From: the human T2T-CHM13v2.0 reference genome, Homo sapiens
Direction: 5' to 3' (one strand)
DNA: 64,000 bases
Assembly: GCF_009914755.1 (NCBI RefSeq)
Contig: NC_060931.1
This document shows positions 26,086-38,249 of the stretch, piece after piece; position 1 is the stretch's first letter, and every line of letters begins with the position of its first letter. The translations under genes and the position numbers were made by a program. The notes beneath the pieces are model-generated. The model worked only from the letters and a program-made list of their open reading frames with translations, was not told the origin of the DNA and searched no databases.

Positions 26086-26669
26086 TGGATTAACGATTGT
26101 AAGATACCTCATCTTGTTGTTTCCCTTAGGTATAGCAGCATGTCATGATTTCTATGGATAGAAAATATTGGGGAAAGCAGTGAATTAGAAATGATTGGAA
26201 AAATTGAATCTAGCCTGTGGGGTGTGGATTAATTCCTGTGACAGAGAATGGCCTGGGCAAGTTATTTATCTAAATAATAGTGAACAAATATTGAGTCCCC
26301 CTCAGCCTAAGGGACTGTGCTGCACTTGACTATTCTTTGTATAGACCAAGACATCTAAATAGATGGAAAAACTAGTAATATTAAAATACCTTTTTTTCTT
26401 GGTCACTGAGCATGTAATGGTTAAGAAGATGGTAATATGTTAGCGATGTGTTAACTATTTTCACAGGTAAGACATTTTATGTTTCAACTTCAAAGATTAC
26501 CTATAACTTTATTCTTGTTAGCTATATTTTTCTTTATAGTAGTTTTTGAGTAATATGTATATGTTCCTGTTTTTATTTCTTTAATAAAATTGAAAGTCAT
26601 TTAAGTTATTCCTCTAAGAACCTAGGTTTATATTCAGAAGCCCTAGGGACTATTTGAAAGACACACAGA

Positions 26670-26890
26670 CAGAAAGAGCACAGACTTGATAATCAAATTG
26701 CATGGGTTTAAATTTTGGCTTTGCTACTCCAGCTATATGATTTTAGAAATACTTACTTTAGCATCTTTTTGCTATTTTGGCATCTACAAAATAATGGCAG
26801 TAGTGGTACTCACCTCATTCTGGGGTAATTCTGAGGGTTAAATGAGATAATGCCCATAAGATTGTTAGCTATTATAACATATGCTCGATA
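26670..26890 (+). mobile_element. MIR SINE
   Basis: AAGAGCACAGACT...TGGGTTTAAAT...CATCTACAAAAT...TGAGGGTTAAATGAGATAATG. Confidence 0.75.
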
Positions 26891-28900
26891 GACAAGTATT
26901 TTTAAAATAAAAATTCCAGTTTGGCATACTGCTACATAGCATGCCAAATGCAATTTTGAATTTTCAAAATTTTGAATTTTTGTACCTTGTATATGTAAGG
27001 TAGTTCTGCTTTTGTGAGAAGATTGGCCAGATACATTAGGTTGTTTCTGATAGAAATAGGATGTGTGCATCACTTAGAAAATTATAACCACTTGACGTGA
27101 TTTTTCATAAACTTCATTTTACCTGTTAGTTGTTGCCTTTAGTTAAGTTGTTGCAGTGCAGCTTGGTACCTACACCCTTTAACTTGTCACCAGCTATGTT
27201 CTTCGTGGATTGTTTGTTGTAACTTTAATGAAATCTAGTCTTGCTGAATCACTAAACCTGTTCTCTCCTAGAAGGCTCTTTATTGGGACCTGACAGATCA
27301 CCTCTCCAGAGCCTTCAGACGTCCTAGCTCTCTAATTCTTCTCCATAATGAGTTTTGTGCTGCATGATAAAATATTCATGTTCAAATAGGTTCTAAACTA
27401 ATTATCTGTGGCCAGCAGTTGCCACTGCAGTCATTTGCTGTTAGCTTGGCTCAAGTTAATGGCTTGTATTTCAGTACAAATAGTCCCTTCTGGCTGTTTC
27501 CTGTCCTGATTCTTATCCTAAATGGAATTTCCATACATATCTAGAGTTAAGTCTTCTTCTTTTGAAAGGAGATTTTTTGCCCTACCTTTTTTCATCTCAT
27601 TTTATTAAGATTAGCTTATTTTAGTGTTCAGTTCCTTATTGTTTCTTATCCATCTTCAAATCCTACATCCCTGCCAAATTCATGACTCCCACACTGTCCA
27701 AAAAGAAATAGTAAAGCACCAACTTTAATCAAATATACCATGTCAGATTTTGGAAGAAACAAAAATGGGGTACCGCGGTAAGGATGGGATCTAGTTTCAG
27801 TGTGTATGATAAACATTTCTGCTTAGTTGCTAGAGACCTACACAGGGAATGTTACGATAGGAATTAACCACTTTGGGAAGAATTATGGGGCTGGACATGA
27901 GGGAGATAAGGCACTAATGGAATATTTTTCTGTGGGTGTTGTTGAAAATGATGGATGACTTGCTGAAGGAGTGGGAGAGTTCAATATCAGAGGACTAAGG
28001 GCTTGATCTTCGGGGAATCTGTACTTAGATGTAGGTATGAAAAGAGCTGGAGCCCAGCTAGCAAGGAGACCTTCCTGATACCCTGGGACAGGTCCGTGCC
28101 TGGGGCCTTCTTGAATCCTTTCTGCGTCCCTCTGTTTCAGTGAGTGAGTGAGTGACTGGATATGAAAGGATAAGTCAGAGAAAGAAGATGTTATTAGGCA
28201 GATAGAGGGTGGACCACCTTTAGAAATTCTAAGTGCCTCTCACCTCAGCATCATTGTGGTCACTGAGCTCTTCAGAAAACAGCAGCTAACCTAAAGTGCT
28301 TAACTGGAATGTTGGACCAAGGAGACAGGTACCCTTTTCTTTAACTAGCTATTAGAGCTTTTGTTCCACCTGACTTTTTCAGAATGTTGTAGTCATTAAA
28401 CTCTCAAATACCACCCTGGTTTCTCCTCCCTCCCCCACAACCCCTCCCTTCCTACCTTCCCCTTCAAATAAACCAAACACAAAAGTCTTAGGTTGCATTT
28501 TTTTTCATTCACTATACTCTATATTTCAGTTTTATTTTGTTTTTAATTGACATATAATTGACACATAATAATTGTTAAGTTGTGTATTGATTCTCTGCCA
28601 GTTAAATGGTATATGCCATATGCATTCTGTTAATGGCCTAGGGATTTCATGGGCCCAAGGTTAGTGCTTTGATTTTGAAATCAAAACGTTCAATTTCTCA
28701 TGAACTTCAAATTATTTTATTTTGAATAAATAGAGTCAATAGATTCATAGTGTTAGGGCTTGTCAGCATGCTGGAATCACAGATGTGTGGTGAATAAAAC
28801 ATAAATGATTTTTATGGCATTCTGAATAGTAAAAGTCTTTCTGATCCTAAATGCACAAATCCAACATTTTATTCTCTATTGTACTTAAAACAGCACAAAT

Positions 28901-29198
28901 GGCCGGGCGCGGTGGCTCACACCTGTAATCCCAGCACTTTGGGAGGCCTAGACAGACAGATCACTTGAGGTCAGGAGTTCAAGACCAGCCTAACCAACAT
29001 GGCGAAATACCATCTCTACTTAAAATACAAAAATTGGCCAGGCATGATGGCAGGTGCCTGTAATCGCAGCTACTCAAGAGGCTGAGGCAGGAGAATCATT
29101 TGAACCCGGGAGGCGGAGGTTGCAGTGAGCCAAGATCAGCACTGCACTCCAGCCTGGGTAACAGAGCAAGACTTCTTCTCAAAAACAAAAACAAAAAA
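28901..29198 (+). mobile_element. Alu (AluS-type)
   Basis: GGCCGGGCGCGGTGGCTCAC...GAGGTTGCAGTGAGCC, (AAAAAC) tail. Confidence 0.96.
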
Positions 29199-29382
29199 CC
29201 CCAGCAAATATGGGAAATTAGTATGATAAGTGTTTTCCCCTCATGCATTGTTTCTGACCTGTGTCATATGTGTCTTAATTTATCTGCTTTTTTATTCCTT
29301 GATCAAAGAAACATGCCTATTAAAACACCCACGGTGAAATACTTCCTGAAAGGAAATGCTAGCTGGTATTTTGGTTCCTTCT

Positions 29383-29448
29383 CTTTTCTTTTCTTTTCTT
29401 TTCTTTTCTTTTCTTTTCTTTTCTTTTCTTTTCTTTTCTTTTCTTTTC
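29383..29448 (+). repeat. Perfect (CTTTT)13 / (AAAAG)n pentanucleotide repeat
   Basis: Directly visible. Confidence 0.97.
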
Positions 29449-30249
29449 AAATAAAAGCACTTTTTGCCCTGTAATCTGTTATAAATGTAAATCCTGTGAA
29501 ATATGTAAGAGGGAAATCTAATAAAGTATCAGAATTATGGCTTCTTTGAATTCAGCTATAACTTGGAATTTAAAGAGTTACATATGTTGCTTTATATTCA
29601 TTCTGTATGTATAACACCACAATAATCTATTTCTTTAATTAAATGCACAAATAATAGTTTAAGTTGATGAAGTACCTGAGGCACCGGGGAGAGGGGTGTG
29701 TTAAACATTGACTAATTTAATGAGAAACGTGTTTAATCTACTCCCTCCTTTAATGTAGAGCGATAATTTTGGAAATTACAAACAAATGTACGTATTCTTC
29801 AAATGTCTTTTTATTTTTTTTAATTTTAAACATATAGATTTTATTTTTCTTTTGTTAGTTTTTTTCCGTAGGCTGTGACTATGCTTACTGAAAGGATATG
29901 ACATAGATATAAACTGTTTTCCATGGAGTCCCGATCATCTTAAGATATCAGAGTTAACACTTCAAATCATTTAATACACTTTCATTTGCTCAGAAGAGAA
30001 ATGCTACTGATGACTGCTTCCAAGAGAAGCCTAAGGGGCAGAAGGAGGAAACCCTGTGCCCACCTATCCTCCAGGGTAATCATATGACCAACCATATTAG
30101 CCTTCCTTACTTTTAAGACATAGGAGGAGAAATTTCCTGCCTTTTAAGGCATAGGAGGAGAAATTCTTGATAATATATGGGGGCTATGTAAAATGCTTCT
30201 CAGGTTTATGATTTTAAGCCGTTAAACCAAATACTCCAAACTTTGAACT

Positions 30250-31460
30250 TCCACTTTGGTGTGCATTTGGTGTTTGTTTTTATCTTTCCAAATTACCTGT
30301 TCTTATCCCTTTACCATATTTCCATACTTCTTATTGATTTGTGTATATTTGTATATATTATGGGTATCCTTTCCAAGTGTGACAAATCATTTTCTCCCAG
30401 TTTGTTGCTTATATTTTAAACTTTTATGTTATCTGTTACTATGCAAATGTATAATGTTTGTGTCGTGAATTCTTTTTTCTTTATAGCTTCTTGGTTTTTA
30501 AATTTTCTTTGGTTAAGCTTTCTCTACACTAATACTGAAAACACACATTTTTCTAGACTTCATTGTTTAATTTTTCTGTATTACATCTAGGCCTTTAATC
30601 TATATAGAATTTATTTCTTTGTAAGATATTGATTTAATTTTTCCTGATGTAAAAAAGGGTCTCAGTATCTTTTGTTGGTCAGTTCTGTCCATTCCCAGTG
30701 ATTTGAAATGCACTGTGTTTCCCAATTCCAAATGCGTAATTAGAATTTCTTGATTTCAGTTGTAAAGGACTCAGCTTAATGAGCATAAACAAAGTTGGGT
30801 AATTTTTAAGGAGAGTAGGCTTTTCCTCAGGACCACAGAGCAGGTGGCTGTGCCTTGGGAACAACTATTTACAGGAACTCAAATACCATCAGGTTTCATT
30901 CTCTTTCTTTTTTCCTTTGTCTTCATTTCTCATTTCTTTTTCATATATCGGCTTCATTGTTCTTTCTCACTGTACACTTTTTCTGAGTGGTTCCTGAGTG
31001 TTTCATCTACTCAGAAATCACTTTTTTGGTTACCAGTTGAAAAATCTCAGATTTGTGTCAGTTGACCTTCACTGTGTTCTGGAAATGAAGTCATTAAAAA
31101 CATAGCCAGCCCTGACCATAACCATGTGGATGAAAGGCTAATTCTTCTTTAGAAAAATTAGATAGCTTAGGTACATATATCTCATTCTGGACTCTCTAGA
31201 AGTTATATCTGTTTATCCATGCCTATTTCAGTTCAGTGCTGTGTCAATTACGTCAATTACTGTAGTTTTATGTTTGGCTTAGAAAACTGTAGGACAAGTA
31301 CTTTCTCATTTTTTTTAACTTTCAAAATATTACTGGCTGGTATTTATTCTTCACAATGAAATGTAGAATCAGCATGTCACGTTCCAGTATACATCCCATG
31401 TTTTTTGATGGGAATATATTGAATTTATAGCTTTCTAAGTGGAAATTTGCCTTCTTATTT
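30250..31460 (-). mobile_element. Old L1M (L1ME-like) ORF2 relic in fragments (30250-30650, 31180-31460)
   Basis: T-rich antisense L1 motifs (TTCTTATTGATTTGT, TTTTCTCCCAGTTTGT, TTTGATGGGAAT.TATTGAATTTATAG). Confidence 0.6.
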
Positions 31461-31465
31461 TGAGA

Positions 31466-31775
31466 TTTTATTTTATTTTATTTATTTATTTTTTTAGACA
31501 GAGTCTCCGTCTGTGGCCCAGGCTAGAGTGCAGTGGCGCAACCTTGGCTCACTGCAACCTCCACCTCCTGGATTCAATTGATTCTCATGCTTCAGCCACT
31601 TGAGTAGCTGGGATTACAGGTGTGTGCCACCATGCCCAGCTAATTTTTATATTTTTAGTAGAGATGGGGTTTCATCATGTTGGCTAGGCTGGTTGGAATT
31701 CCTGGCCTCAAGAGATTCTCCCGCCTTGGCCTCCCAAAGTGATGGGATTATAGGCGTGAGCCACTGTGCTGGGCC
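31466..31775 (-). mobile_element. Alu (old AluS/J-type)
   Basis: Full dimer ending GAGCCACTGTGCTGGGCC. Confidence 0.95.
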
Positions 31776-32068
31776 AAGATTTTTTTTCCGGAATCATGGT
31801 GTGCCTTTCCATTTAAAAAAATCTTTCTTTTATGGTAAAGTGGGCTGGTGTGGCTGTATTTCTGTCAAATGAATTCCCATTACTAATCTCTGCTTAATTA
31901 AATAAAACTTCATTGAATAATAATAATTTAGAAAGCAAAGATGAGTAAAAGAAGAAAAAGTTTTCTTATAATCTTGTCATTTAAGGATAACTGTATATAC
32001 ATTTAGGCATATCATGGTGCTATATCTTCCACAGAGGTTAAATGTTTAGGATACAATGAATTGGCATT

Positions 32069-32473
32069 TGTATCAGGAATGCATTCCCATTTAAGTGAAA
32101 AGAAACCTGCTAAGAGTATGATTTTATTATTCATAATCAAAGAGGTTTAAAGATACTAGATCAGTGACTCAGTAAAGTCAAAGATGATTCTGTACAGTTC
32201 TTTTGGCCTTGCTCTGGTAGTCACAAGATGACTGCTACTAGGACAGTCATTATGTACCTGGTTGAGGCAAGAGGGTGACAGATGTTTGACGTCAGTTTGT
32301 TCCCTTGTTGTCAGTAAAACGAAAGCTGTTTTAGGGTACCTCTGTTTCTGCCTGGTCACATGAACTCTTCTCCATGCAGGTAAGGTTGACAAGCAAGCAC
32401 ATGGCTTTTTAATCTCTGTTGTGGGAAGTGGGATTGGATTGGCCTTTAGGTAGCCAGTCAACACCATCTGCCT
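32069..32473 (-). mobile_element. Old MaLR LTR (MLT1K/L-like)
   Basis: TGTATCAGGAATGCATT...GTCACAAGATGACTGC...GGTCACATG...TAGGTAGCCAGTCAACA..TCTGCC. Confidence 0.55.
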
Positions 32474-32783
32474 TTGCAAATAAGGCCAGAATTACTCTTG
32501 ATCTTAAATTTTACAAGCCAAGTTTTTAGACAGTGGATAAGTTCTTCCACGTCTTCTCAAACCAGTGTTTTTCTAAGCCCCTTAATTTATTCATTTCTTT
32601 CCCTCAGTGATTTCCAGGAAGCCATTACCCCTATTTGCCTGGCACTTATACAGTGCGGAAAAGGTCCTGAAAACCCGAAAAATCATTTATAGTGTGTTTT
32701 CCTTCATTTTTAAATGCTATTTCTTGATTGCCTAAGACTGAATTGCCTTGGGCATTCCTCACTGAGCTGGAATGCTGACTCTA

Positions 32784-33358
32784 CAGCAGGTTCTTGAATA
32801 ACATTGCTTTGCTATAACGTTGATGAGAAAAAGAAATTGATTCCTGGAGGGCCCCACTGTCTGTGTGAAGTTAACACATTCTCCCCATGTCTATGAATTT
32901 TCTCCAGATACTCCAGTTTCCTCCCACATCCCAAAGCTGTGCATGTTCTTTGAATTGTCATGTCTAAATTATCCCAGTCTGAGTGAGTGTGGGTGCGTGC
33001 GCGTGCCCCAAGATGGAATGGTGTCCTGTTCAGGGCTAGTGCCCGCTTTGCGCCCTGAACTGCCGAAATAGGCTCCTGCCACCCGCCACCCTGAGCTGGA
33101 TTAAGCAGGTAAATATCTTACTTGGTGTCATTTATCTCAAATGTATGCATAGCTCACATTTATTTCAGTATTTAATATTAGTGTTTTTGTCTTCATTTAG
33201 AGGTTTGGTGATGTTTTTGCAACCAGAAATATGCCATAACAACTCAGCTCTTGTTTATGTCAGTTAGCCAGTGGGGAAATTGGTTTTGTGGTACATCATT
33301 TTGCTTAAAGTTGAAGTTTCTAAGAACCTATAGAGGACGTTAAGTGAAGAACTTGTTG
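32784..33358 (+). mobile_element. MER6A-type DNA transposon (TcMar-Tigger) carrying a V-SINE-like core
   Basis: TA|CAGCAGGTTCTTGAATAAC start, ACGTTAAGTGAAGAACTTGTTG end; internal CTGTGTGAAGTT..ACATTCTCCCCATGTCT...CTCCAGTTTCCTCCCACATCCCAAAG. Confidence 0.85.
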
Positions 33359-35274
33359 CATTTCTGCTTATTTATTTGCTTTTACTGTGAAGAAATAGCT
33401 GAACTTCTGTGAAGGGTGCAGTTGCTTTTAGTCCACTGTGTGCTGCTCTAGGCTATCCAAGCCCAGGGGTTGGTTTCTGCTCCTATGATATGAAGGCAGT
33501 ATGAGAATTCTCACAGGGCCCTAGCCTGACCTCTGGATTAGGGTTCTCATGGTGTTGCTCTGGTTCCTGGTTTCTGCAATGCTAGGTTCCCCGGCTTGCC
33601 TGACCTTGCCGCCTTTTGCTTCCGGTTAGTGTGGTTCTCTCAATCCCATTCATCTGATACTTCCAGACTTGTCATTTTTATTAGGTCTCATTGCTTCAGC
33701 AGTTATGCCATTCTCCTGACAAATAGAGTTCTTTCTTACCTAGGAAAAATATTAGCTTTACTTTAACTAGAGCTGTTTTCACAAGTGTGTGAAGACCTGG
33801 AAATTTGCAATTAGTTTCAGATAAGCACAGCTGAAATATTCTTGTTTTGTACTAAGGCAACAAATTGAAAGAAAGATTGAGGGCACTGAGTCATTGTAGT
33901 TTCTAACGATACAACGAATACATTATTGGGTTCGTGTATCATACTGGGACCTTGTTACTTACAAAATATAAAATAAAAGGATCTTAATGTGTCTTTAGTA
34001 ATCCTCATGCCTCTTAATAAGAGCTTTTAATTTTTAGTCCCTGAGTCATCACATTTTGGTATTGCTAGCCCTGCTGTGGCCAAACTGAATACTATCCTAA
34101 TTAATTTTAATAATAGAAAGACTCATTAGGAATGCACTGGTCTGCTGGGATGACTGTGGTGATGCATGAAGTCACGAAAGGAGGATGAAATCATTTTGGG
34201 CATTTCAGTGACATTTTTTATTTAAAATGTATATTTCAGGCCAAGGAGCACTATTGTGGTCAGCATTTGGGAGGCTGAGTGTTATATTTTAAACTGTTAG
34301 ATTTCATTTGTTTTATTTGTACTAGTGGGTTGTCACACTCTGGCATTAGTGGTCATTTTTTAATGGCCATTTCTAATGGCATATGAAATTGAAAGAGACT
34401 GAAGTGTTGGAAAGAAGGAAAGTTAGGTTTTTTTTTAATTATTAAAGTATCCCAAATAAAAATGGAATTTTAAAGAATGTCTCAAGAAATGTATGCGTTA
34501 AAGAAGTCAATCAAAATTGGGCAAATGAGCTTCTGCTCATGAACATCTGTAAAGCATTGACTTTAATTGCCCTGCAGCTGCTGTTGGCTGTGCGGTTTCT
34601 AGTTTTACTCGTTTCTCCTCCATCTTACATGTCACTTTATTTCCTCTTTCCAATGTTGCCTGGGTCACATGCATTTGCTTGTGTCGAAAAAGTAAGATGA
34701 TTTAGTTATTTTTAAGATCCCAAAGACAAGGATGCTTATCTGTTAAAGCCTTTTCCTCCAAGCACCTGTTAAGAGTTGAATTTAATCTACACCAGCTGTA
34801 GCCTAGTTATGTGTAGCTCGAGTAGGAGGTGTCTGATACATTGTCTTCTCTTTTCATTGAAATGGATTGGTAAAACTAGGCGGCATAAGTTAGTGGGGAA
34901 AATTTAGATACATCTTAGATTAGATGAAGACCTTTCAAAATAGGGCTTTAAAACATACAATTCAAATATACGTGCTTATACTTTTACGTGAATTACAAAT
35001 TGGGTAAAGATAGAAATTTGTTTCTACAGAACTGCCAGGAATTATATTACACATTGAGACCACTGATTTTTGACACTGGCCACTTTGTCCATTTGAATTT
35101 TGCTGCTGAGTTACTCTTTTGGGCATAATTCTGCAGAGTGGAAGTCTTTAAAGATAAAGGAAGGGCTGAGAATGTTTTATTCTTGTTGACATATGAGTAT
35201 GATTCAAATTGAGTTTTATGGAAAGATCACTCACTTCATAGAAATTTTTTTATTTTACCTACTCAGTAGCAGGT

Positions 35275-35677
35275 TGTATTAGTCCGTTCTCACATTGTTG
35301 TAAAGTAATACATGAGACTGTGTGATTTATAAAGAAAAAGAGATTTAATTGGCTCACGGTTCTGCAGGCTGTATGGGAAGCATAGCAGCTTCTGCTTCTG
35401 GGAAGGCCTCAGGAAACCTTCAATCATGGCAGAAGGCGAAAGGAAAGCAGGCCTATCTTACATGGCCGGGGTAGAAGCAAGAGAGAGAAGGGGAAGGTGC
35501 CACACACTTTCAAACAACCAAATCTCATGAGAACTCACTCACTATCATGAGAACAGCACCACAGGAGAAATCCACCCCTACGATCCAGTCACCTCCTACC
35601 AGGCTCTACCTCCAGTACTGGGGAGTAAAATTTTTCTACATGAGAGCTGGACGGGAACACAGATCCAAACCATATCA
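35275..35677 (-). mobile_element. MSTA-type MaLR solo LTR with perfect 5-bp TSD CAGGT
   Basis: TGTATTAGTCCGTTCTCAC...CCAAACCATATCA; CAGGT at 35270-74 and 35678-82. Confidence 0.92.
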
Positions 35678-36449
35678 CAGGTCAAATTCAAGCTCCTATT
35701 TTTTTTGTTCTCCTTCTCCACTTATTTTAAATTGGAAATGAAAAGATGGAATATAAGTTGTTTTAGTCATTATGAAATACGTTTACCAAACCAACTACAC
35801 CATACCTTAAACCTAAGTAAACCTCTTTTAGTGATCAATTTTGAAGGTAAGGCCCAGTCAAATGCTGAATTTTGATGACCAGTAGGAGGCAGACTAAGAT
35901 TTTTCACTGTTCCCTTAATATTTTTTAAGATTTGTAATGTATGAAGCTTTTGATATGTAATATGAGAGACAAAAAGGAGACATCTTAATTCTACTCTTAA
36001 TGAGTGGAAATATTTTCTAACCTGGGAGTTACTGCAAATTGTCGTGGAACTGAACCTTGAGGCCTGTGAGCAAAGGTTGCTAAGGTCAAGGTCAGTAGTC
36101 TGAATCACAGTGTTCCAGGGGTTCCAGGAACTCAAACCTAACCCAGCCAAGTACAGACAACCTCGGGGTCTAACATGTGAGAGTGGAATTGCGATAGAAA
36201 TCGAATTTGGTGAATAGTGGTGTTGGGATGTCGAGTTTTAGTTAGAGTTAGAATTAGAATCCCAATTAGTGACCTTGGTAAATACTTCTCCCATTTTCAG
36301 AACCATGGCAAAATGGATTGAGGTTCAGGGGAACTGTAACCTAATTAGGAGCCAAGGGAGGAGCTAATTCCCAAGGATTGGACATGTGTGATGGGCTCGA
36401 TAGGGAAGACCATAGGCTTAGTTTGCTCTCCGAAGCATGCTGAATCCTG

Positions 36450-36602
36450 AGCTTAACCGCCTCCACTCTTAGTTTTCTCATCTGTGAAATGACAGTAGTC
36501 AATAATTATAGTCTCCTCATGGGGTTATGATCATTAAAAAGAAAATCCATAAGTAACACGTAAAATACTGCCTTGACATATTGAGTGTTCAGTAAATATG
36601 TT
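36450..36602 (+). mobile_element. MIR fragment
   Basis: AGTTTTCTCATCTGTGAAATG...CCTCATGGGGTT...GTGTTCAGTAAATA. Confidence 0.7.
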
Positions 36603-36659
36603 GGCAATTACAGATGCTACCTACTCAAAGGTATGGGTTTTTACCTGAGGCCCCAGAGT

Positions 36660-37058
36660 TGTTTAGAGATCACCTTGAGGACTCGTTAAAACACAGATTG
36701 CTGGAACTGACCTTCAGAGTTTTCGTGATTCAGTAGCCCTAGGGTAGAGTTGCCAGATAAAATACAGATGCCCAATTAAGTTTGAATTTCAGATATACAG
36801 TAACCAATCTTTTAAATATGTCCCATGCAATATTTGGAACATACTTATACTAAAATAATTCACTGTTTATCTGAAATTTTAATTTAACTGTGGTAAATTC
36901 ATTGTTTATCTGAAGTTTGAATCTTCTGGGTTTTTGTTTTTGTTTGACTAAATCTGGAAAACTGAGTCTAGGGTGGGGCAGTTTGAATTGGCATGTCAGA
37001 TGTGTTCCTTCCCAGGTGATCCTACTGGTGGTTCAGAACAACACTTTGAGAACCTCTG
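36660..37058. mobile_element. MER5A (hAT-Charlie) split by MER53
   Basis: ATCACCT..GGA.CTCGTTAAAACACAGATTGCTGG..CAGAGTT..TGATTCAGTAG | CTAGGGTGGGGC...TCCCAGGTGAT...ACACTTTGAGAACCTCTG. Confidence 0.8.
36745..36965. mobile_element. MER53 palindromic MITE
   Basis: TAGAGTTGCCAGAT...ATCTGGAAAACTGA ends, central ATGTCCCATGCAATATTTGGAACATACTTATACTAAA, imperfect 8-bp TSD CCCTAGGG/GTCTAGGG. Confidence 0.85.
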
Positions 37059-37492
37059 GATACCTGCAGCTGGATGGATCTGAGGAGTATGTTGACAATC
37101 ATTTACAAATAACTGTAGCAGAAGGTGTCACATTCCCTGGGAGTTCAAAGTATACCCAAGATACAAGGCAACAATGTTAGTGTCTAAATAGTTGCACTTT
37201 ATTGGGGGTTATTATATATTTGTGGTTAAGTCTTTAAAATAAGGAACATGAGTTTGAGATCATTTATAAAGGTATGTAACTAAGTGTATTGGCCTATATG
37301 AAAATATAGATTCTGTCTTTTTGTCATGATTTTAATTGAGCTACACCTTCATGAATTTCAAATTTATAGCTTTTTAATGCCAGGAATTATTTTTGGGGTT
37401 AGGAATGAGAGAGCCCAGGGTGAAACCTTAAACTCATCTGTGCTTTATCTATAATCCCTATAAGTCAGAAGCCAGTAATTAGAGTCATACAG

Positions 37493-37645
37493 GAGGCAGT
37501 GTAGAGAGTGATTATTTCATGGGCTTTAGAGTTATTTCTCATTTGTGTAGTGAAAATAATAATGGTACCTATCTCATAGGATTGTTGTGAGCATGATGTG
37601 CAAGAGTACACATAAAACATGGTTTAGCATACAGTGAGCACTTAA
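37493..37645 (+). mobile_element. MIR fragment
   Basis: TTTCTCATTTGT...ATAATAATGGTACCTATCTCATAGGATTGTTGTGAG. Confidence 0.7.
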
Positions 37646-37867
37646 GTGCAGACTAAAATAGGATTAGGATTAATAAAACTCAAATCCTCAATTTAGTGGG
37701 TAAATTGTTAAGACATTGTTAACAAATCCTCTGAGCCAAGTTTGTGTTTGTTTGTTTTGTTTTGTTTTTGTGACTAAGAAACATCACTGATTCATGGTAG
37801 ACCGGAAGGTACATATTAGAACTTGGTTACTTGGTCTACTATACACTGCAGTATTAGCTCCACAATA

Positions 37868-37958
37868 GCAGAGACTATTCTTGCTTTGTTGTTTGTTTTA
37901 TCCTTAATGTCTAAAACAGTACCTTTCATAGAATAGATACTCAATAAATATTTGTGGA
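37868..37958 (+). mobile_element. L2 3' end
   Basis: CAGAGACTA...TATCC..AATGTCTAAAACAGTACCT..CATAG..AGATACTCAATAAATATTTGTGGAA. Confidence 0.7.
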
Positions 37959-38249
37959 AAAAACAAAAAGTGACTACCACTGGTAAATGCTTTCAATAAA
38001 CTGTTTTTAGATGATTTTATGGTTATGTGTAGACAAAGTTGTTGTATCAGAAGATTATGTTCCCATGGATATAACAATAGACTAAAGGTTCAGAATATCT
38101 CAAACAATGAACCTGGACACATAAACAGAATCATACAGAATGTCAAGAAAAATGGAAATGTTTTAGATGTCTGATGTAAGAACAGTCACTTGGTTTTTCT
38201 TCTCCTTTTTTAACCTTTTGATATACTATGCTGGCTTAAGAAAACCAGC

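Noticed and set aside
30740-31150. Possible very old MLT1-type LTR between L1M fragments
   Set aside because: Too diverged to assign by eye
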